Made by a program: the position numbers and the translations under genes | The notes under the pieces: generated by a model | What the model was told of the DNA's origin: nothing | Database searches by the model: none | What the model saw: the letters and a program-made list of their open reading frames with translations, nothing else | Virus record (IMG/VR): IMGVR_UViG_3300009507_000116 | Coordinates: 1-24,915 of that record | Length of the DNA: 24,915 nt | From: a virus | Lineage: Duplodnaviria; Caudoviricetes | Reading direction: 5' to 3' (one strand) | Shown: one piece after another, positions 17,738 through 24,910 of the stretch | Position numbering within the stretch: position 1 is the stretch's first letter | How the letters are laid out: every line of letters starts with the position of its first letter

Positions 17738-19606
17738 TCGCTTTGAAAATAAGCTTGGTGTTCTGTTAGCTTGAAGCATTTGTTTTTTAATTTCTTCTTC
17801 TGCTAAATTAGAGTACATAGTACCTTCTTTCTTTTTTTCTGTTTCAAGAGGGTTGTTTATGACTCCACCAAAAGCCTTTTTCATTTTGTCGCCACCGTCA
17901 GCTTCACGTTCAGCATCATCCATCATAGTCTGAAGCTTGTTAACGCCAATCTGGTCGGTAGCTTTTCTGGTGAAAACAAATTCACCATCCGATAACCTTG
18001 CAGGTATCGAATCTGATGTTCCGGTTCCGGGACCTTTAACTTCCCCTTCGCCAGAAAATTCTCCTGCAACATCCATAATTTTATCAAGGATGCCGCTAAG
18101 CTCTGAATCATTCTCCAAAGCTTCTTTTAAATGTTCTTGTTCATCTGTGTCTAAAGCCTTGTTCATAATGAAGCCTGTGTAGTCTTTTTCCATCTCACCG
18201 TCTGGTTTTTGAGATGCTTCAACTTTTGCTTTGTCTTCAGCCGGAATGTTGTCGTAAGTGTCTACAGGCTTCATGATTAATAGCGAACCACCATTAGCTT
18301 TAGACTCTCTGTCTTTTTTCATCATTGCTTGGACAATCACTTCTTGTTCGAAAGAGTCTTTTATGTCTTGGAATTTTTCTTGAATACGTTCACGAGAAGC
18401 GTCTGTTTTTGCTTTGTCCATGCTTTGTTCGTATTCTTTTTCAAACTTTAAGTATTTTTCTACGTCTTCATCGTACATGCCGCCACCTTCAGACATTGCC
18501 TCACGCTCGTGGTTGTGTACTTCGCCACCCATTGCTTTTTCTTGGCGCTCTTCGGTTTCTTCTTCTTTCACAAAGGCTTCTAGTTTTTTAAAATCTTGTG
18601 GCGCAAGTAGAGGTCGTTTTTCTTCTGCTACCTGTGTACGGTGCAGAGAAGTAATAAAAGATGCAATGCCTTGTTTAGTTGTAGCTTCTGGAGACTCAGC
18701 AATTTGAGATAAATTTTCCATTACAAATTGTTTGTTTAGTTTAGAATCTCCTGCAAACGTAAAAGAGTCTACAAGCTCTGAGGCTGACTCTAAGTTAACT
18801 TGAGCATCTTCCATGTCTATCGAATCAGCTGCGTCTACTTTAGATACAGCTTCTGCCATTTCAGTAGTTGCTTCATCTACTGCAGGTTCAGGGCTACGTG
18901 CAGCCACTACGTCTTTACGTGCTTCAGACAATAAAGAATCAGCGCCTTTCGCTGCTGCTTGAGCTACTGAGCCTACTGCGTATTTTAACTTAGGTACTTT
19001 CATTTCACCACCTTTATTTTTTTTAGTTCGTTCTAGAACTTTTTTGTTTTTAATTTTTAAAACTTTAGGGTCATAAACTGTATATTCTACTTTACCGCCC
19101 ACTTGTTTTAATTTAGAGTCTCCTGCATCTTTTAGTGCAGCTTTAATTCCGTATGTAGTAAACAGCTCATCTGCATCTTTATCTACCGAGTTAAGTATTT
19201 GTCTCCAAAACTTAGGCTTAGTTAAATCTAAATCTTTTAAACTTAAACCTTCTTTTTCTATTAAGCGTTTAAGTTTTTTTTGAACTTCTTTATCTTGCTC
19301 TTCAAAGTTTTTACGAGTAATCAAAACTTCACTATTTTTTACATTCGCTTCAACTTCATATAAAATAGGAGAACCGTCTTTCTTTCTTTCGATAGCTGCA
19401 TCTATATGCTGCTTTCCGTAAAGCTTTCTTAATTTTGCCGGAGTAATATTAGCGTAACCTTCTGCTACATTTTTTTCAGGAGTAAACGAAAAACCTTTTC
19501 CAAATGCTGTTTCAGTTGCAAACTTAGAATCAAAAGAATTAAAATCTTTTTTAGCTCCGTGAAAAAGTTTTATTGCTCCTTTTGATAACAAACTTGCTGC
19601 TGACAT
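17735..19606 (-). CDS. Multidomain head-module protein, 623 aa: N-terminal ADP-ribosyltransferase-like domain, repeated K-A-x-G-G motifs, C-terminal tape-measure (gpH C-terminal)-like module
   Basis: LFHG...F..F....FGKGFSFT....AEGYA...LYEV...EYTVYDP matches the pattern of ART domains of polyvalent proteins. GPGTGTSDSIPARLSDGEFVFTRKATDQIG is a motif known from tape-measure C-termini. GAGGA RBS with TAATG coupling. Confidence 0.7.
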   Translation of the reverse strand: MSAASLLSKGAIKLFHGAKKDFNSFDSKFATETAFGKGFSFTPEKNVAEGYANITPAKLRKLYGKQHIDAAIERKKDGSPILYEVEANVKNSEVLITRKNFEEQDKEVQKKLKRLIEKEGLSLKDLDLTKPKFWRQILNSVDKDADELFTTYGIKAALKDAGDSKLKQVGGKVEYTVYDPKVLKIKNKKVLERTKKNKGGEMKVPKLKYAVGSVAQAAAKGADSLLSEARKDVVAARSPEPAVDEATTEMAEAVSKVDAADSIDMEDAQVNLESASELVDSFTFAGDSKLNKQFVMENLSQIAESPEATTKQGIASFITSLHRTQVAEEKRPLLAPQDFKKLEAFVKEEETEERQEKAMGGEVHNHEREAMSEGGGMYDEDVEKYLKFEKEYEQSMDKAKTDASRERIQEKFQDIKDSFEQEVIVQAMMKKDRESKANGGSLLIMKPVDTYDNIPAEDKAKVEASQKPDGEMEKDYTGFIMNKALDTDEQEHLKEALENDSELSGILDKIMDVAGEFSGEGEVKGPGTGTSDSIPARLSDGEFVFTRKATDQIGVNKLQTMMDDAEREADGGDKMKKAFGGVINNPLETEKKKEGTMYSNLAEEEIKKQMLQANRTPSLFSKR

Positions 19607-19839
19607 TATTCTTCCTCAATTCGATTACGAGCTTCACCTACTTGCTCTTTTAAGTTCATCAGACTAGCCAGTGAACTCGCTCTCCCCTGCTTGCGGTACA
19701 GCTCCAGTTCCGATGTTGCCACCGCCAGTCCCTGTAGCTCCAAGTTCCGGAGATTGGTCAGGTGCTCCTTCAGCGCCTCCCATAGCTCCTTGTTGTTCGT
19801 CAGCGGACTGAGCCTCGCTGCCAGTTCCTTGTCCAACAT
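19606..19839 (-). CDS. Small helical protein nested in the portal 3' end, 77 aa
   Basis: AGGAG (19846-19850) lies 6 nt before the ATG at 19839. Amphipathic helical sequence (LWEALKEHL...LYRKQGRASSLASLMNLK) like the small genes that follow podoviral portals. Its stop couples to the next ATG. Confidence 0.75.
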   Translation of the reverse strand: MLDKELAARLSPLTNNKELWEALKEHLTNLRNLELQGLAVATSELELYRKQGRASSLASLMNLKEQVGEARNRIEEE

Positions 19840-21841
19840 TTTGTGCTCCTATAATTTGTGCCATGATTGCAGCTTCTTCTGGGTCGTTAAGAATCTCATC
19901 AGGGTCGAGGTCAAGGCTGTAAGCCAACTCACTAACAATCTTAGAGATTTTAACAAACGGTGCAATGGCGGGATTCTGTGCAGTCTGCAAGAACATAGTC
20001 AAGCGCTGACTACGTACTTCTTTTTGCATTAGGCTGTTAGTACCCATAGCTCTGATTTCTAAGTCGCCTTGGATGTCTAAATCGCCTTCGAAGAACTGCA
20101 TGTTCCATTGGTAGTAAGACTCTCCTAGCGGACGTAGCAGGAAGTCATCAATGTTTTTAATTACTGTTTTAATGTTTAGTGACGCAGCACCTAACAACAT
20201 AGACATACCAGATGCAGTACGTGTCATGCTTTGTACGCCTGTCTGTCCATGCGAGTAGCTTGGGATGCCTGTCTGTTCGTCAGCAAGCTGTCGGAAACGG
20301 TCAAACATCATCATGTTTTCGTTAGATGTGTTAGGAAACTTCATTCCGTAAATAGCTTGTCCGGGCATTCCGGCTTGTCGTCTAAATACTTTTCCGGGAT
20401 ATATCTCCATTGACTGACCACCCACAAGGGCAGACTCGTCTACGTCAAATACTAGAGACCCTGCAAGCGCAAGGTTGTCAATAGCCATACGTGCATGACC
20501 ATTCATTATTTGCTGAGAGTCGTCCATATTTTCTGCAACGCCAATACCGAAGAAAGAGTAAGGGTTACGCTCGTAAGGAAAGGCATTGTATGGAATCCGG
20601 TAAGGAGTAAATGGATTGACAACGCTACGCAGCAGCTTGCCGTTACTAATCCAAGCGTTGACTTGTACTTCATCTAGGTCATCTACCTCATCTGGAAGCT
20701 CCATTCCGGCTTCTCGTGCGTATTCGGCATCCATAATGCCCCAATATTCCAACACTTCATATTGACCTGAACCGTAATCATCTCCAGTCTGAGCGTCTTG
20801 TAATTCGTTTTCGTAGTCTTTTTCTTCGTAATTTGGACCCATTTGCAAGCATTCACGTATAGCGTCCTTGTTAAAGTAAGGAAGCTTAGACAGCGAGCGC
20901 AGCTGAGACTTATTCATTTTGTGTCTGTGAAATGCATACTCACAATCTTCAACAGATGTTGCTGAAGGGTCTGGGAAAAAGTCCCAGATACTTACAAACT
21001 CAATGCGTGGTACTCGTACATCAATAGGTGAATACTTACGTTCACCCTCTTCGTCTTTTGTCCAACGGTTGAGAGTCTTGTTGAAGTTGAATGGTCCTTT
21101 TACAATGCCTGTACCAAACAACGCAGACTCAAACAATGCGTTACGTAATTCACTAGAGCCGTTAGACTCATCAATCTGGTCGTGAATTAGCGTCTGCATA
21201 TTTCGAGCCGCTTCCTTAGCAGGAGAGCGTTCTAAGACTTGTGGGTCTGGGTGAGCACCATTCTCAAAGTTTGCATTGTTTTCTTCAATTGCGTCTTCTA
21301 CAACATCAGCTGTGGTTAGTGTTGAGCCTGCGCTCAATACCTTATCATCGCCTTCGTAACCTACGTCATAAGGGTCTTGCTCTTTTTCTTCTTCTGGAGT
21401 CTCTGGTTCTTTATAGTCGGGTAAGCTCGTTTCGATTCCGGGAGTAGAGGTATTTAAATATGTTTGTTTTGCAATGCCTTCAGGTATCTCTGTTTCACGT
21501 ACACCAATCGGGAATTGACCAGTACCAAAGATAACGTCTACAAGCTGACCGAAGGCTGCTAGTACTTTTGTCTTTGTTACTTTAATGAATACTTTAGATT
21601 TTTCTGACTCACGGAAGCGCACGTTGTTGCCATACTTGCCTCGGAAGTTGTGGTAAGCCGTTAACCAACGCCTCTCATCAAAATCACGGGCTTGTTCTGC
21701 ACCTGCAAATCTGTCTTCGATTAGTCCTACAAAACGGTTACGAACGTCTTCTTCTAGTTCAAGCTCTAAACCACCTTCGGTTTCTTCATCGCTGAAATAG
21801 ATTTCGTTAGCTGTTCCGTAGTTTTCGTCTTCGTTCATCAT
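19664..21841 (-). CDS. Portal protein, 725 aa
   Basis: Follows TerL. Motifs KSKVFIKVTKTKV, LFGTGIVKGP, VSIWDFFPDP, PYSFFGIGVAE, AIDNLALA and RTASGMSML; low-complexity C-tail. Confidence 0.92.
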   Translation of the reverse strand: MMNEDENYGTANEIYFSDEETEGGLELELEEDVRNRFVGLIEDRFAGAEQARDFDERRWLTAYHNFRGKYGNNVRFRESEKSKVFIKVTKTKVLAAFGQLVDVIFGTGQFPIGVRETEIPEGIAKQTYLNTSTPGIETSLPDYKEPETPEEEKEQDPYDVGYEGDDKVLSAGSTLTTADVVEDAIEENNANFENGAHPDPQVLERSPAKEAARNMQTLIHDQIDESNGSSELRNALFESALFGTGIVKGPFNFNKTLNRWTKDEEGERKYSPIDVRVPRIEFVSIWDFFPDPSATSVEDCEYAFHRHKMNKSQLRSLSKLPYFNKDAIRECLQMGPNYEEKDYENELQDAQTGDDYGSGQYEVLEYWGIMDAEYAREAGMELPDEVDDLDEVQVNAWISNGKLLRSVVNPFTPYRIPYNAFPYERNPYSFFGIGVAENMDDSQQIMNGHARMAIDNLALAGSLVFDVDESALVGGQSMEIYPGKVFRRQAGMPGQAIYGMKFPNTSNENMMMFDRFRQLADEQTGIPSYSHGQTGVQSMTRTASGMSMLLGAASLNIKTVIKNIDDFLLRPLGESYYQWNMQFFEGDLDIQGDLEIRAMGTNSLMQKEVRSQRLTMFLQTAQNPAIAPFVKISKIVSELAYSLDLDPDEILNDPEEAAIMAQIIGAQNVGQGTGSEAQSADEQQGAMGGAEGAPDQSPELGATGTGGGNIGTGAVPQAGESEFTG

Positions 21842-21844
21842 ATA

Positions 21845-23530
21845 TTAATATCCAAAGGTTGAATCAGAAGGAGCAAAGTTAGCCTCTCTTTTGAACTGTC
21901 GTAACTGAGAAAGTGTATCATTTATTCTCGGTCTTGACATGATTAAGTAACGTAGTGCATCGTATGCGTGGTCTTGTGCGTGTGTATCTACGTCTTCAGG
22001 CTTAGACTTATCCAGAGGAATACTTTGAAGCTCTCGTATCAGGTGAGGGCATGTATTAAATATTTGAATTCGTGGCCTACCGCTTTGAGTCACTTTCAAG
22101 TATTCGTGGATTTGTATTTTACCTTGTATTCTATTCTTATCAGCTCTTCTGAGCTTATGTCCTGCTCTTAGGAGGGTTTCTCCTACAGTTGGACCTGATG
22201 TACCAGTACGGTTCCAACAGGCTGTATCGAGCACTCCGGGGACTGAGAAGGGGTCTTCGTATTCCATCTCGGTCAACATTCCTGCTAGTTCTGTGCCCAG
22301 TAAGCCTTTTCGGTACAGTTCTCTGTATATAATCAGTGTGCCGTCATGTGGGTCAACTGCACCCCATACACATGCACTTTCTGATGCATATCCATAGTCA
22401 ATACCCTTAATTCGTTCCCAACCAATTGGAATCTCAAAAGGTGTAATAACATGGTCAAGTGGGTTAAACTCTGTAAATGCTGCGCCTTCTGCAACATCCC
22501 AGTTACCTTCTAGCAGTTGCTGTCGCTGTGTGGGCGGCAACGCTGCAAGCATTTGTTCGTATCTTCCGTCTGCTGCTAGGTAAGGGTTATCGTCTAGTCT
22601 AGCAGGTATAAACTTTCTTGTTAGTCCGTCATGGCCTCTGAAGCTCTCGTTGGGCGGGGACGGGTCTATGTACCGCTTCTTCACCCAATGCGCTCCTGAG
22701 CCACCGGGGTTTGCTGTACAACGCATATAGGTTTCTATCTCTGGGTCTGTGGTACGAAGCCGTGAGGCGAGGTAGTTCCAACTAAACTCAGTGGGTAGAT
22801 GTGTAATCTCATCAAACCCTATCCAACTATACGCTTGTCCTTGGTAGCGATAAACGTCTGCGTCACGCTCCAAGAATCCAAATTCTATTTTAGCTCCGCT
22901 TGGAAAGTTCCAGAGCTTTTCTACTTCTTTGTACCTACATCCCGGAAATGCCTTGGGGTACAACTCTCGACTCTTGTCGATTAGTTCTCTTAGTTCTGGC
23001 ATAGAACGTCTAATGATTAGACCTCTATGGGCTGCTCGGTGTGCAAAGCGTAGGGGGTCAATAAGCATAGCGTATGACTTACCACCCCCTGCTGCACCAC
23101 CATATAGTACATCAGTCTCGCCTGAAGCGAGGAAGTCCTCTTGCGGGCCTTCGTTAGCTTGGAAAATAACATCCTCTGTAGCTTCTTGCTTTAGAGAATC
23201 AGGGATGTTATCTAGCTCGGTTTCTTCGATTAGCTTTGCGCTATTCTCATTTTCGAGCTGCTTGAGAGTCTTTTTAGTTGATTTAATAGACTTCTTGTAG
23301 TTATCAATTTTGTTCTGGGCTGCTTTGAGTTTCTTTTCTTTTTGCTTTACGCTTTTCTTTGCAGCCATCTTAGCTTTAGTCTTTGAGTGAAAGTTGTAAC
23401 CTCTGCTCTTTGAACCTTTAGCTCTTCCGCTCTTTTTGCGGGGAGTACCATCTACTTTGAGTATGAAGTTTCCGTCAGCATCTGTTGCGTAATTTTCTGG
23501 GTTAACATCCCAATCATTTTCTTTCTGCAA
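21845..23530 (-). CDS. terL: Terminase large subunit, 561 aa, with basic N-terminal extension
   Basis: Walker A YGGAAGGGKS, Walker B IGFDE, coupling motif TANPGG, nuclease motifs GIDYG and DHAYDALRY. The annotated start is TTG, so the exact start is uncertain. Confidence 0.95.
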   Translation of the reverse strand: MQKENDWDVNPENYATDADGNFILKVDGTPRKKSGRAKGSKSRGYNFHSKTKAKMAAKKSVKQKEKKLKAAQNKIDNYKKSIKSTKKTLKQLENENSAKLIEETELDNIPDSLKQEATEDVIFQANEGPQEDFLASGETDVLYGGAAGGGKSYAMLIDPLRFAHRAAHRGLIIRRSMPELRELIDKSRELYPKAFPGCRYKEVEKLWNFPSGAKIEFGFLERDADVYRYQGQAYSWIGFDEITHLPTEFSWNYLASRLRTTDPEIETYMRCTANPGGSGAHWVKKRYIDPSPPNESFRGHDGLTRKFIPARLDDNPYLAADGRYEQMLAALPPTQRQQLLEGNWDVAEGAAFTEFNPLDHVITPFEIPIGWERIKGIDYGYASESACVWGAVDPHDGTLIIYRELYRKGLLGTELAGMLTEMEYEDPFSVPGVLDTACWNRTGTSGPTVGETLLRAGHKLRRADKNRIQGKIQIHEYLKVTQSGRPRIQIFNTCPHLIRELQSIPLDKSKPEDVDTHAQDHAYDALRYLIMSRPRINDTLSQLRQFKREANFAPSDSTFGY

Positions 23531-23753
23531 TTTTCTTCAACCCCATGTGTGAAATAGACCTTCCTGTTTCGTGGGTTAACCACAAGCTGCCTTCTCTTAG
23601 GCTTAGGGTCTTATCTTGGATAAGTGGAACTACTTTGTCTAGCATTTTAAGTTCAGATTCTATTGGTTCTAACATTTCGTTATTAGATTCACTGAGCTTA
23701 TAACCAAACGGTATAGTGCTACTCGTCCTCCTCATCATAGTAGTATTCGTCAT
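23514..23753 (-). CDS. Small putative DNA-binding protein resembling an isolated large-serine-recombinase 'recombinase' domain, ~74-79 aa
   Basis: IPFGY...LEPIESE......SLREGSLWLTHETGRSISHMGLKKI follows the PFGY + helix-turn-helix pattern. GAGGAG upstream; overlaps both neighbours. Confidence 0.6.
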   Translation of the reverse strand: MTNTTMMRRTSSTIPFGYKLSESNNEMLEPIESELKMLDKVVPLIQDKTLSLREGSLWLTHETGRSISHMGLKKIAERK

Positions 23754-24153
23754 CGTCTTCGTACTCCTCGTAGTCTCCGTCTATTACCACTTCCTTTTTA
23801 GCGGGTATTACAAATAGACCACCTCCCGTATTAACATTAACATCCAGTCTTTCAGTTTTACCTAAACCTACACGGTCTAGAATCTGCTGTGCTGCTTGTA
23901 TTCTCATGTTAGCTTGTGGTATAGGCTCATTACTGTCCATTATCTGAACAAGCTTAGAAGCTGCTTTAGGGGCACTCTGAGCCATTATTTGTGTAGCTAT
24001 GTCAAGTATTTCTGTTTTGAGGCTTTTTACTACCATTGGGTACGAATTATCTGCGTAGCCCGCTAGTGTGGCGGCTTCTTTAACGTCTCCACCACAGGTA
24101 ACTAAGTGGTCTAAGAAAGCTTCCTGCTTTGTGGTGAGTTGTTTGCTTGACAT
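23719..24153 (-). CDS. terS: Terminase small subunit, 144 aa (start revised from 24222)
   Basis: LTTKQEAF.......G....AA..AGY N-terminal HTH and RIQAAQQILDRVG oligomerisation motif. AAAGGA RBS before the ATG at 24153. Confidence 0.85.
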   Translation of the reverse strand: MSSKQLTTKQEAFLDHLVTCGGDVKEAATLAGYADNSYPMVVKSLKTEILDIATQIMAQSAPKAASKLVQIMDSNEPIPQANMRIQAAQQILDRVGLGKTERLDVNVNTGGGLFVIPAKKEVVIDGDYEEYEDDDEYYYDEEDE

Positions 24154-24193
24154 TCTTGTGAGTCCTTTGCGAATATATATACTATATAGTTCT

Positions 24194-24222
24194 ATTATAC
24201 CCGTAATTTGGAGGTTTGTCAA
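24194..24222 (-). promoter_or_regulatory. Consensus sigma70 promoter driving the terS-structural operon
   Basis: Minus strand TTGACA (24222-24217), 17-nt spacer, TATAAT (24199-24194). The -10 box is 40 nt upstream of the terS ATG. Confidence 0.9.
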
Positions 24223-24260
24223 GTCTTTTTATAACTTTTTTGCATATAAGTAAAAAAAAC

Positions 24261-24289
24261 TTGACAAGTGGCGTATCTACGGGTATAAT
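24261..24289 (+). promoter_or_regulatory. Consensus sigma70 promoter, divergent, firing into the non-coding palindromic region
   Basis: TTGACA (24261-24266), 17-nt spacer, TATAAT (24284-24289), with an A-tract (UP-element-like) upstream. Confidence 0.9.
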
Positions 24290-24475
24290 ATACTTATAGC
24301 CCCCCGGGTTATATATATAGATTATAGAGCATGTGTACATGTGCTAATCTACGTACCCGCTTTCTCGTCCCTTTAAAGCACTTAAAAGCTGCGGCACTAT
24401 CTGGTTTACATCCATTTCCTTCTAAAAATGTATAAGAATGTATATATATCCGTAGTACCCCCCATGGCAGCTTGC

Positions 24476-24907
24476 CCACCCCCTAAAGCTCTATAGCTTT
24501 AGAGGGGTGGTTAGAACTTCAAAGTCTAATAAGACTTTGAAGACTCCCAAGATTCTATAGAATCTATCGGGTGCGTGTAGAAGACTTCTAAGTCTTCCAA
24601 GTTTTTCTAGTTTACAAAACTAGAAGAAGTTTAAAACACTTCAAAACCTTTAGGTTTAATCCAAAAACTCCACAATCTTCAACGACTTACAATCTTTTTA
24701 GTCTTCGACTAACTTCCCTCCCCAAAGACTTTAAAAGTCTTCTAGTTCTATCGTGCACACGGAAATCTTCTTTGAAGATTTTAAAGGAATTTTTAGTAGT
24801 TATATAACCTATAAAAGGTTATATAACTACTAATAAAGTATTCCTTATATTAAAAGTTAAAAAGAAGTTCAGAATGAACTTTTTAACTTTTAAATATAAG
24901 GAATACT
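24476..24907. repeat. Dense array of inverted repeats/hairpins (candidate packaging/terminus region)
   Basis: Inverted repeats at 24476-24510, 24517-24542, 24550-24565, 24580-24597, 24605-24625, 24644-24657, 24725-24741, 24763-24781, 24793-24833 and 24837-24907. Confidence 0.85.
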
Positions 24908-24910
24908 AAA

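Noticed and set aside
12977-18111. Short alternative-frame minus-strand ORFs 12977-13159, 16898-17164 and 17923-18111
   Set aside because: Fully nested in confident genes with no protein-like features or stop/start coupling, unlike the 77-aa nested gene.
145-23300. Plus-strand ORFs in the track (e.g. 145-396, 2697-2978, 11944-12372, 13864-14382, 19691-20032, 22929-23300)
   Set aside because: All are antisense shadows of long, motif-bearing minus-strand genes, with Ser/Leu-rich compositions typical of reverse frames and no recognisable motifs.
24154-24222. 23-aa N-terminal extension of TerS in the ORF track
   Set aside because: Its TTG start is the -35 box of the promoter and lies upstream of the predicted transcription start. 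ATG 24153 has the RBS.
24331-24435. 34-codon plus-strand ORF (MCTCANLRTRF...) after the rightward promoter
   Set aside because: No convincing SD and no recognisable features. It cannot be supported, though a leader peptide is not excluded.
24476-24907. CRISPR array or tRNA interpretation of the palindrome cluster
   Set aside because: No identical direct repeats with regular spacers, and no cloverleaf or T-loop consensus.
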